The notes beneath the pieces are model-generated. The model had not been told where the DNA came from. It made no database searches and worked only from the letters and a program-made list of their open reading frames with translations. A stretch of 64,000 nt of DNA from Epiperipatus broadwayi (lineage: Eukaryota > Animalia > Onychophora): positions 13,578,001 through 13,642,000 of the forward strand of contig JAQFVV010000010.1 of the NCBI GenBank assembly GCA_028023455.1, in the 5' to 3' direction. The translations under genes and the position numbers were made by a program. Positions 1 through 64,000 of the stretch are shown piece by piece; within the stretch, counting starts at the first letter, position 1; each line of letters starts with the position of its first letter.

Positions 1-5
1 ATTTT

Positions 6-850
6 GCTTACAGTTTCGACTGTCCTACAGTCTTCATCAGAGCTACAAGCAAAATAAAGGAATTATAAAAAAAAGAGCATTAAAGTGTATAAAAAATGAT
101 AAAAAAAAAACTAATATATACATCATTGCATATACAAAACATACTGGAAATTAACATCTAACAAAATTAACAGATAGTGTAGAGTCATTCAAAGTTTTAG
201 AAAACAGAATATAGATTTCAATATCATAATCAACAATACTAGCTAGCATGGATTTGTGGTGAAATAGAAAATATTATAATGGAAATTGATGCTGATTCAA
301 AAAATATAATTTTTTTCATTTGTCTAGTTGTGACACAATTGTTTTTATTTTTTCAATATTTAGTTGTAAGATATAATGCTATGTTCTCCTGCACTGTCTT
401 TATAAAACAACTTTAGTCATGATTTTTTGTGTGCATTTGATTATTTAGTCTGTATTAGTCATATTAATTGTTATAGTGAAGTTTAGCTTTGTTTAATCAT
501 TGGTAACAAACTTCTTCCTGATAAGCAATGTGTTCAACCAGAAGTTTGGATACAAATAAAAAATCAGATACTTCTTTCAAACTATTTGTATAAACAGAAG
601 TGTTTAAACTTCAACCATGTTGGGTTGGCATTGCTTTTGATGATTACCTACCAGCTGTGTTTAAGGGATCACCCAATAAGTATACTATGTCTTATTTTCA
701 TTTGTATCCATGTATGTGTTATTGTGAGTGCAAAAGCCCTATATGAATCTTCATTCATGAAACTTTTATTATAAGAACATTATGAGTAATGTATCAGAAG
801 TACACAGAAGGCAGTATCTGCATAATCTTCAGAAGTTCTGCCCTAATCTA
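6..850 (-). mobile_element. 3' remnant of a Penelope-like element with hammerhead motif at 6-46
   Basis: Minus strand reads GCT-CTGATGA-A-GACTG-TAGGA-CAGTC-GAAA-C-T-GTA|AGC. Upstream (60-850) shows only a weak, decayed GIY-YIG-like translation. Confidence 0.5.
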
Positions 851-2029
851 TGTTATTATCTTTATTAGTTTGAAAACAAATATTAAATAATATTAATCAT
901 ATATTTTGACAGACAATATTGTAAATTATTTAAAATTCTAAATAAAAATTAAATGCATCAATTTATCAGTGTGGGTGCCTATATATATTTAACAATCTCA
1001 TTTATTAGATTTTTATTGCTTTGTTTGTAATATATTTATTATTCAATAAACATATATATATATTGTAACGATATCAAATGAGAAAGATCCAAATGTTATG
1101 ATATCAAAAATAAAATGAGAGGCATGAAAGCAATATATATTGTGCTCATGTATTTATCACACTCATTTTAAGTAGAGTTGAAAAATGGCTAATTTTTTTT
1201 TTAAAAAAAAAATAAATTTATAATGGTTTATACTATTTTATATTGATTTTATATATAGAATGGATTTAAACTTGCTAAATAGGAATTTTAGAAAGATGTT
1301 TTAAATATTTAAAGTTATTATAGTGTAATTTAAATAATAAAAGCAATATAATGTCACTTAAAAGATAAAATTAATTTGTTTATTTTATTTAACTGATGTA
1401 ATAATAAAATGAGTCTAATTACAGTATTAAATATTATTTGATGTATTTTAAATAATTATTTGTTTATTATTTAAATAATTAAATAATATTCTAGAATGTT
1501 CTGAAAGTGTTACATCTTAGAGGTGTTTGTGTTAGTCTAAGAGCTTTCATGTCTTTAGACAGAAATATTTATTGTATTTTCTTGATAATAAAATTTAGAA
1601 ACATTAAATGTCACAAATATTTTAAAAGTAACAATTAAATTTATTGTATTGTTTAAATATTTTTGCTTTAAAATTAATATTTTAAGTTATTAAAAATACT
1701 TTAAATTTGTTCAAATAAAGATATTTAGTATTATAGGAATGAAATAATTTTAATATATTTAAAATGATGAGTCATAATTTAAAAGATTATTTTGTAGATA
1801 AAATAATTTTAATTTATATGTAAATTAGTATTCATTAACAACTTGGATTAACCAATGAGATCACTGGATTCAATACATATAAATAGAGGTGTTCGACCAG
1901 TCTAGACAGTGAGAATTAATTATTTCTTGTTTTGTCTAATCTGGTCTTGTTTAAAGTTGTAATTTTTTTATAAAATTATTTTTTATTTAAAAGTTAGAAG
2001 TATAATTTAAATAGTTATTTTTAATATAC

Positions 2030-4740
2030 TCAATGTCTGAGTAACTTAATAACTTCCTATAAGCAAAATTTTATTTCAAAACTTAATGAAAAACTACGAT
2101 AATTTTATAGAAGTCAATAGTGATCCTCAAAGTGTCAGTCAAATGTATCTCAAAAACTGTGAGAAGTTAAACCATATGACCGGAAGAGATTTAAGAATGC
2201 ATAAGAACTAAGTTTAATGTTTAATATGTGTGGAATGAAAAAACATTTATCTTTAATAACTTTGATAAACTCTAATAATTATTAGTGTACCTGTCAAGAA
2301 AGTTATACCTTATAAGTATGAAAAGAATATTTGCTGAAAGTTGTTTAACCAGCTTAATGAATTTTAAAAGAAAGACAAAAAAGAACAATTAATGTTATGC
2401 ATTTGAATAGAAACAAGTATGAATGACTATTATAAAATGTGAGTATATTTTATTATCACACAGGAAATAAAAATATGCAAAAAAGTCAGTATCCAGTTAC
2501 AAATGTTCATGAAATATTGGCTAAAATAGAGCAGACTGATTATTTGGCAAAAATTGATTTGTGAGCTTCCATGAGATACTAAGCAAATTGAGAACTGCTG
2601 AGATTCTTATGCTAATCATAGCACAAATGATTATTTAATTGTAACAGATTGCCATTTAGAGTCACTGTAGCTCCAAATATATTCCAAGCACAGATGAACA
2701 TATTGTTTCTACAGATGGATGGAATAATTCCATATCTAGATATTTTGGTTGTTGCAAATTCCAAAGAGAACCTATGCAAAAGGTTATCACAGTTCTGTGA
2801 GAAGCTCAAAAGTATTGTTACAAGCATAAATGCAAACAAATATATATAAATACCTAGAGAGTTGAAAGTTTTAGGACATAATTACACAATGTCACAAGAA
2901 ACCCAATCCAGAAAAAGTTAATGCTGTGCAGAATGCCATAGCTATAAAAAAATGATAGGCATTTCTTGACCTTATAAACTTTTTTGAGGTTTTTTTAAAA
3001 AGGAAAACCCGCATTTATCTCAGCCCTTTGTATAATTTGTTAAAAAAAGAACAGAAATGGATTTGGGAAGCAAATTGCAAAAATGTGTTTAAACAAATAA
3101 AAATGTCATCAGAAATTTTATTAGTTCATTATGACAATATGGACATGATTCTAATTTGTGATGTGTCAGAATATGGAGTAGGGGCAATTTTAAGCCATGT
3201 GGTAACAAACAGAGAAAGGCCTATTGCTTATGTCTCATGGACATTGTCCAGTGCTGAAACAAATTATAGCCAATTAGACAAAGAAGCATTGGCTACAGTT
3301 TTCACTATAAAACAATTCCATTAGCATCTGCACATCATTTTTTAAAATTAATTACAGATCACAAGCAGTTACTTGGAATTTTTGCAAAAAAAAAACAGCT
3401 CCTGATCATTTAAGTCCCAGGAGGTTATGCTGGGTAAAGCTGTTAGCTGGATATGATTTTGAATTGGAATATCAGAAAGGGAATGTAATACAACATGCAG
3501 TTATCCTCTTGAGAATTCCAAATAAAAATGAGCTTATAGAAACAGATATCAGAATTATACAAATGAAATATATTCGAAAATAAATAGCTGGACTATTGCT
3601 AAATGGACAATGAACAACCAAGAATTCCAACAGCTTGTGAATTGTATAAGGAAAGGTTGGCCAAATCATCAGCCAGAAATTCTGCATAAAGGATTTTGAA
3701 CATAAAAAGAGAAGCTCTGTGTTGCAAAGACTGTATTATTAAAGAAGATAAAATTGTTATACCTACTTCAGACCATGAAAAATGTTAAAACTACTACATC
3801 AAGATCATCCAGGGACATGGCCTAAGGATATGTATGGTGGCCAGGTATAAATAAACAAATTGTAGAATACATTTAAAAAATGTGATTTCTACCTAAAAAC
3901 ACTCCAAGTTCTCCTAAGAAAATTATTGCATTGTTAAATGCTATGAAGTCTAGGAACAGAGTATGTATGAATAATGCAGAATCATTTGTGGGTCATTTGT
4001 TCCTGATACTCATCAACACATTCTTTAAGTGGGTGGAGTACAAAATTGTAAAGAGTATGAATTCTGAGGAAACTATTTCTAAACTATAAGAAATATTTGT
4101 ATACCATGGTTATCGAAACACTGTAATGGCAGATAATGGTATGGGTTTTTTATCTTCAAGATTTGAAGAGTTCCTAAAAGAGTGTTGCATACATATTTTA
4201 ATTCCTGCATATCACCCAGAGTCAAATGGGATAGTGGAAAAGGCCATGCAGCAATTAAAATTGGTATTGCAAAAGCCAATAATTTAAAGGTGGAAGAAAT
4301 AATAAATAAAATAGCATTTTTCCAGCATTGTTGCTCCAGCTGAATTGATGGTTGCCCAAAAATTATACAATAGACCATTTTAATGGTAAATCAGAAGCGG
4401 AGATTTCAAATGATGTAGATGACAAGATTTGAATAAGAGATAGGCTTAAAAATATTAGATAAAAGATGAACTAGTTAAATGCCTATCTAGGCAGGTTATA
4501 GAAATGCATTCAGAAAATGCTAGTTCTATGACATCACACCAACTATTTTGGCAGATGATTTGCATTAACCCAATTAAAAATAAAGGCCAGATAAACAATA
4601 AGCAAATGATTAGTCTGGTAGTGGAAGAAGAGAACAGTGAAAACACTACTATGTTAAGATGATCCGAATGTTTTAAAAGAACTCACTCTTACCCGAAAGA
4701 TTGTTACTTCAGAAAGTAATCATTTCTGAAGTGGAGGTAT
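2030..4740 (+). mobile_element. Degenerate Ty3/Gypsy LTR retrotransposon internal region (RT, RNase H, integrase; Mag-like), many stops and frameshifts
   Basis: RT: QYPVTNVHEILAKI..KIDL (about 2490) and RLPFRVTVAPNIFQAQM..PYLD (2649 ORF). RNase H: CDVSEYGVGAILSH..RPIAYVSWTLSSAETNYSQLDKEALA (3028 ORF). Integrase: zinc-finger remnant HQDHPG..YVWWPG (about 3800) and core ADNG..PAYHPESNGIVEKA (about 4130-4250). PPT-like GAAGTGGAGG at 4728-4737. LTR pair not resolved. Confidence 0.9.
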
Positions 4741-6329
4741 ATATGTGTGTATTTTGTGGAACCAATTAATTTTAGTTTTTTATTTGTTTATATATTGTAA
4801 TGGTCAGGTTCATACGTTCTGTTAACAAGATGTAGAGTTCAAGCAGAACACAGGAAGCTCAGTATAACTGGGCTGGGGAAGCCATCCCAAGAGTACTAAG
4901 TCAAACATACTTGCCAGTACTCCAACCATCTCCATTACATGAGCAACACCCCTGATACTACCAATAGCATGACTTCCTTCCAGTCCCAGGGGTCAGGGAG
5001 AAACAAAAGACCCTTAATAATAATAAGCCTTGCCCTAGGTTCACTAACAAAGTACTAATACAGATTGTCGTCCATGACTAAGTAATATTAAGATATTTAA
5101 TAACTTTCAGAAATGCATGAATAAAAGTCGAATGATGTGGTATGAATCATACAGAAAGGCAACAACAGATATAATTTTGTATTAATTGTCAAATTGAATA
5201 TATATATTAATAAATTGGCTTTGCTTATTATAAAATTACTCATATAACAATATAGTGCTTAGTGTTGAAGAATATGTATACAAAAGGTTATACAATACTA
5301 TTTCATTAATGATGAACTATTTAATTATTTGAGGTTCTATACTTTCGTGAGTAAATGTAGAGTAAACTCATAGTTCAATATGCCTTATTTAAACATCACA
5401 CAATCAGGTTAATAGATGAGAATGTATACAAGTTAGACAGTAAAGCATTACGACCACCGACATAATTATATGTAACTATAAATAACTTATGCTAGTAAGG
5501 AAACTTATTAAACAAATCAAGTGGTGAGGGATAAGAATCATGATAGTCTTGGGGAGACTCATCGTTCATAACTATGAATAAGGAGGGGATTAAGTAATAT
5601 GGTAGCTGAAATTCTATAGATATAGAAATATAGTTTAATGAGTGATCGTTGGTGCTGATGGAGAATACGTATGCGAACACATATAGGAAGGGCGGTGCAT
5701 TGAAACCACAAAGTTTTGTCTATGTATAATTCAGATTGGCGGAATGCCATCTGTCCATTAAAGGTTGATCACCAATAAGCGATCACTGGACTGGGCCCTC
5801 ACCCCAGTAAAATCAGTGGTGTGATCGAACAGCTATGTCCCTAGATGTGACTTCCATGTCCATTCTGATGCGGGAACCTTAATACTTTGGGGATGGTCTT
5901 AGCTGTATGCACCCATGGAGAAGATTGACAAAGCATAACTAAATCGGACATAGATATCTGCACCAGTAACACATGAAAAGTATGCTAACAATAATAATTA
6001 ATGACAGTTTGCTCTTAAAGTTTAGTCTTAAAAAGATTTCAAATAAATCTACTTATTTATCAGCTTAAAGATTAAGATGGATCATATAATTACAAGACAG
6101 TAACCACATTCAACATTGTTGTAATAATAACTAAATGGGTTTTGCGTGCACGATGAAGCGATTTCTAAAAACCGAATGTCTAATCACGCATGTTTAAAAT
6201 ATACCTATAGTTATAATTTCGCACATACCCGCATGTTATACTTCAATTTAAAAATTAAACAAATAAATACATGGGATAGCATAAGTAGAGTATTATGAGT
6301 GAATTAATTATTATATGAATTACAATAGG

Positions 6330-6500
6330 ATTCACCGAATCAATAATAGCATTTACTAAAAAAACATCTGAGCCAGCAAGAAAGGAATTTGACATGAAAC
6401 ATTTGCCATTTATATGAATAACCCATATGGAAATGGCAGCCTGTTTATTACACGAAGAAAATGGGATCCATTCGCTCAGTCGGAGATTATATAGGCATAT
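6330..6500 (+). mobile_element. Second Gypsy RT N-terminal fragment (degenerate)
   Basis: Frameshifted translation ITHMEMAAC / TKKMGSIRSVGDY resembles the Gypsy motif (V)THSEWAAPIV..KKDGSIRLCGDY. Confidence 0.45.
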
Positions 6501-7502
6501 TATCATAGCAACATATAATAATTTCATAAATTTCAAGAGCATTTACCCTAGCATAAAAGTATAGCCTAAAGAATACATTAGTCAAAAGTTACATAGGTTA
6601 AAATTATATAATTTAGATACAGTTGTAGAAATATATTACAATTTCATTATATGGATAGTTTGTTACAGATTTATCTATAGCTTCAGGAAATTAAATAGAA
6701 ACATTTTAGAGCTCTTGGAATGGAAGGTTACTTTAACTTTCTCAATTGTAGTGCTGTTAGTGCAATTAATGGTTGTGATCCCGGTCACGAAAGGTTCATG
6801 AAAGTTCACATCACTGGATAGCCAGCTTTCATTTTATAATTATTTCATTATGTCGACTCTAGCTGCAGCAGCCCTCTCTATGGCATTAGCAACAGAATTT
6901 CGGGCCTCACTGGTGGCAGCGGTAGGTCATGGGCATCTTCTTACAGTTGGAAGCACGCACGTAGTAGCAGGCTACAAGACAATCATTTTCCAGGTAGGAA
7001 AATAGCACCCTGCCTACCTCTACTCCACCATTTGGGTTTCAAACTGTCTTGTTTACCAGATGTAACTATATCTCCCAAATTCCCACTCTAGATATATTTA
7101 CCAAGTATGACATTAATTTCTCATACTAGCTTACCTTGTGATGAAATAATCCATTAACGTATTTTCTACTGCCACACGTGATGCATTTATGATTTACCTT
7201 ACTATCTAAAAGCTGCAGCAGGGTGCTGCAAGAATTATTTTTGTTACATTATTTTCAGATATCCAGACATTCTTTTGTTAGTTTTACAAAATAAGATTTT
7301 AAAATGTTATAATGGAAATGCTTAAAGACAGTTTATTTCCTTGCTGATAACAACTGCAACTTGCCAAATGATGTTATCATTTTTACTAATTATTTAAGCC
7401 ACCAATATAGCCCTACAGGATTGCATTAGTGGACTATTGTTGTTCAGCTTTCCAACACTTTTAACTTTCTAAGAAACAAATTCGAGGTGTTATCTTTAAA
7501 TT

Positions 7503-7720
7503 CACCTGGGTCTCATTTTATGCGGTAGATAGGTTCCGCAGAGCCCACATTAAAAAAAATCGCACAAAAATAGACAACTTACCTTGAAAAATTGGGGATC
7601 GGTTCCAAAATTTTCAAAAATCGCATAAAAGCAAAACAACAATGTAAACTTAATATAAAATAATGAATGCTTTGTATTTTAGCTCAATAAGCTGATTCTA
7701 ACGTAAAAATTTATATTTTA
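7503..7720. mobile_element. One-ended copy of the 26417 TIR element
   Basis: CACCTGGGTCTC..TTTTATGCGGTAGATA..CCCACATTAAAA..ATCGCACAAAAATAGAC aligns to 26417-26580. Confidence 0.8.
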
Positions 7721-7899
7721 TAATCGTCCTTATTTCTTTAAGCTAAACATCCCCCCCACAAATACAGACATTCACAATATAATGCATTTGGCTGTTTATT
7801 CCTATTTTTTCCCTTTCTTAATTATTAAATATATATATATGCATATATATTATGATAAATGAAAAAGTGTCTTTTACAATACTCTTGCAATGGCAAGAA

Positions 7900-9600
7900 C
7901 GGAAGAATCATTACGATACCTGCGATTTTTGTACGGTCAACGTAATCGACTACAATAAGAAAACAAAGAATTAAATATCCGAATCTTTTATTAGCTATGC
8001 GGCTCTTATTCCGAACCCTTTATTTTGCTTGTGTTACATCTCTTTTTTAGATGCATAATTTTGTATTTAAAGCATAAAACGTAAGAATTAATATGGCAAA
8101 TTTCTAAACAAAAATTGTTTTAAACGCCAAGACATACTAATATCGGTAGAAGCCTTTCATAAAATCTCACGCTAAATGTCCCCTCTAAATAGCATGTTGA
8201 AGCGTATTTACTCGTATGTTTCACCACAGGCATGGCAATTTTAATATTTTCTTGATTTATTTTTGCCTTTTTAAAAATGTAAATTCTTATATTTACAGGC
8301 ATCATTTTTTTCTTAGATAACCTTGATTATATTCTTAATGAAACTATATATGGATAACACTGTAAGGTTTTTTCCTTTTAAGTAGGGCTAATAATTTAAA
8401 TGTTACTGGCATCTCTGGTTTAAAATACACATTTATCGCAGCGGTTTCGCCGATTTAAAAAAACATCGTATAAATCACCTTATTGTTTACAAAACAGCTT
8501 TTATTTGTGTTTAATGCAGGAAAAAATAAGATTGCCTGTTCAATATTAATATTTATATTTAATATATCCAATTCGGTGTTATCGAAACTAAGTAATGATA
8601 AAATAATCATTTTGCATTACGGCAAAACAAAATGCAATTTTTAATATTTTTGAAATACAAACATAATTCTTAATTAGAAAAAAACCCATCTACTTCGATT
8701 TTTACCGGAGGAAAGTTACCTGCAGGCTAGTGTAATTAAACATTGCTAAGTTTAAAGCGCGATGATAGTGTCAAACTCCGAAATGTGGTTACCTAGAATG
8801 AAGTCCGGTACTCGAATTTATTAACTCTAGAATAAAGCCATTCGAATATTTTTTATAATTAAACACACGTAATGGGTTTAGATATATATAATCGAAATTT
8901 TTCAAAAAGTTTAACAATTTTGTCGTATAAAATTGCCAAATGTAAACGAATTGAAATCACAAGTATCAGTATAAAATCCAGAGTGACAGAAATACTAACG
9001 TATAAAAAAACGCGCCAGCATGTGATGTGATGTACTGTGGTTTCTCCTTAAACGAAGTCAAGAATATCTCAGTAATTATGCCCAGATAAACCTGTTAGCC
9101 ATTTTATTTTCCATTCCCCACTCTAAATTTTCCCATATTCTGCTCCATCCCAAAATATAATCTTTGTCAACTCTATAGCCTTTATATCTAAATCCCCCTT
9201 ATCTTTTCCCAAACCCAGCAAAAAAACCAATAATTCACTTTCTGTATAATTGTATGTAAATTCTCCCTCTGGTGGAATGTTGTTAAAATATCACCTTAAA
9301 TTAATAAATTATATTTTTCTAAATAGTTTTGCGTATATTTTTTTATTGTTGTTATCGTTACAATTTGGATTAGATTATTTTTTATGAACTTATTAATTCA
9401 TTATTATTTTTTTCGAAATTAGTTTTTGGTTTACATTTTTAAATATGATTGTAATTAAAATCAATTATATTACCATCTTCAATTATGTAGAGCTCAATAC
9501 AGTATTTTTTTGTTGTTCTCTTTATGGCCATTTTTGAACTGAACTGAGCACGTGTCTGTATTTAATTAATTGAGTAATAAATTTTTTTGTATGTAAAATT
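7900..9600. promoter_or_regulatory. CpG-retaining putative NVL promoter / 5' region
   Basis: CpG dinucleotides are visibly frequent here and rare in the NVL introns; the region lies directly upstream of the NVL ATG. TSS not determined. Confidence 0.45.
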
Positions 9601-9613
9601 AAATTTTAAAATA

Positions 9614-61886
<52,273 letters not shown>

Positions 61887-62064
61887 GTAAGAAATCAGTA
61901 TTTTATAATTTTTTATTTAAATAAATGCACATGTACATACAAACACATGCAGGAAGAGCCAAAGTTACGTAATACTATTTAAACATTCATAGTTTAATAT
62001 ATTTTTATTTTGTTTTTTGACACTAAATTGACATTTCGTATACAAAATTTTAAAATAATACCAG

Positions 62065-62146
62065 AATTTTTAAAAAATCATTAAAATTTTATATGTTTGA
62101 AAACAAAATTTAAAAAATCATTAAAATTTAATGTGTTTGAAAACAA
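62065..62146 (+). repeat. Local tandem duplication (about 41 bp x 2)
   Basis: TAAAAAATCATTAAAATTT..TGTTTGAAAACAAAA occurs twice. Confidence 0.7.
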
Positions 62147-62748
62147 AAATATCAACTTATCTAATTCTTATATATATGTCATTTTTTCAATTTAATGAAT
62201 GTGGAATATCAGTAACAAAAAGAATCAAGAAGTAACAATATTGAAGTTGTTTGAAATATACTGATGTGTTTTCAAAAAATAAATTATTGATAGTATCTTC
62301 AAGTGCAAGTGATTTCTAAATATTGTTAGAATCGTGATAAAAGTTTTGAAATTGAAATGATTTATACTCTGTGACTGAATATGTTACACACTTGGGTATT
62401 TTTTTTTTTTTTATGGGAATAATTTGAACATCAAGTTTATAATTGAAAGATATCTATCACTAAATATTTTATATGATTAATATCATGTAGCTTTAAAATT
62501 ATTAAAGGAATTTCACGTATATGCTTATGTGAAAACTATAGTTTTTGAATTTAAGAAAACTGCCATGAGATGTGAAAGAAAAAACACTAGTAAATTTTAT
62601 GTTATAAAATATAAATATCTGAACCATATACAACAATTTTGACTCTTTCTTAATATATCATACCCATGTACATGTAATGAAAAATATAGATATAGTATTA
62701 ACAAAACTTTTTTTTAAAATGCATGTGCAGTGCTCTCAGATCCAAGGC

Positions 62749-62790
62749 TCCTCACTGATGAAAGCCACAAAGTAGAAACTAGTCTGTGGA
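62749..62790 (+). ncRNA. Minimal type-I hammerhead ribozyme motif (second family), stem II damaged
   Basis: UCCUCA-CUGAUGA-(AAGCCACAAAGUA)-GAAA-CUAG-UC|UGUGGA: stem I 5/6 bp, palindromic stem III ACUAGU, GUC triplet. Confidence 0.6.
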
Positions 62791-62794
62791 TATT

Positions 62795-62905
62795 GGATGA
62801 GTAGGCACTAGATAGGGATTTTATGCACAAGCCTTCTGGCATCCATTGATTACTCTGGCTCGCACTGATTGGCTCTACTGTATGGAGAGTTTTACCTGTT
62901 TTAAT
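62795..62905 (+). repeat. Dispersed repeat downstream of the HHR motif (putative PLE pLTR body); second copy at about 43478-43545
   Basis: GCATCCATTGATTACTCTGGCT(C/T)GCACTGA..CTACTGTATGGAGAGTTTTACCTGTTT is shared with 43478-43540. Confidence 0.7.
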
Positions 62906-64000
62906 AACAGTTATGAGCAAGCATAGAAAATGGTGATCATGTGATGTTTAGTGGTTTAATGTCATATTTATATACTTTCAAATTTTAGTTATTACAAGGT
63001 ATATATATTTTAAATTCTTGTTAATTTGCATACTTATACAAAAGTTATCACTTTCCAAAATTATATCATTAATAAATAAAACAGTATAGCATAATAAAAC
63101 TGCAACAGAATGATGTCTTTGCTATATTTCTAAAAAATAATGCAATACAATTATTTGTAATAATAATATATTTATTTTATTTATCCAGTTTCCACATTCT
63201 GTTGCTAGTTAACAAACATTAAGAGACAGAAATAGTGGTTTTGTGTTGGACATGTCACTAAAAGAAGTAATAATAGATGGACAATTATAGTTCTAAAATA
63301 GAAGTAGAACAAATGTAGCAATACCATAAATTGTATAATAATAAATATATGGGGGGGGGGGGGGGTAAAGATAGCATTAAAAGCAAATTGCAATTAATTT
63401 GCTTATTTATATGATTTACATAGTAATTGTTATTTTAATCTAAGAAGTTTATATTAAAATTAATAGCCAGAAAAAATGGGAGGGGAGGCAAAAAAGCACT
63501 AATAACTATAGCACAAATATTTTGCGGTCTTTTCTATTTCAAATAGTTCTCTTGATTTTTTTTAAGAAAGATAATGAACATGATATATACATAGAAAGAA
63601 TATATAGTATATCGTTTTCTCTCATCACATTTTTGCCACCTGGTATACGTTTTAGTAAGCATTAGATGCCAGATAATTATTGCTCATTAAATTCCAATTC
63701 ATTGCTGTCACAGACTACTTTCTAGCTTATGGCTTTTATCACTGAGGAGTTCTTAGATTTGGGAGCAATGCAACTGGATATCTTTTGGATCTAATGCATC
63801 TTTCCTGTTGCAACCATATAGAGGACAACATTGGATAAGGATTTAATAAGTACTACAATCCAGCATCTATTGACTATTAAAGTGACACTAATAGCAAAAA
63901 TGTGATGGGGGAAAAAGAATTATGCTTCTGGCTATTTTTAACTGAAGGTTAAATCTCTCACACTAATCAGAATTATTCAGTTGAATGTCAACGCACTGTT

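Overview
Very AT-rich eukaryotic genomic DNA with strong CpG depletion and kb-scale GT-AG introns, probably arthropod-like (inference); it is not prokaryotic, and almost all ORFs in the supplied track are spurious or TE remnants. The main feature is the 5' half of the AAA+ ATPase gene NVL (Rix7/smallminded) on the + strand: 12 phase-compatible coding exons from ATG 9614 to 61886 (about 409 codons, N-terminal domain plus D1 ATPase), continuing beyond the window. Flanks and introns hold decayed TEs: a Ty3/Gypsy pol, LINE remnants, a Merlin element with an exact 8-bp TSD, pogo and mariner derivatives, SINE-like heads, and a retroposed tRNA-Gly with a 15-bp TSD. The most notable non-coding signal is a set of minimal hammerhead-ribozyme (HHR) motifs of the Penelope-like-element (PLE) type. 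Several sit in small asymmetric fold-back insertions with 11-17-bp TSDs inside NVL introns, so a sense-strand HHR is paired with its own antisense copy in the pre-mRNA. All translations, alignments and folds were done by eye; no database search was run.
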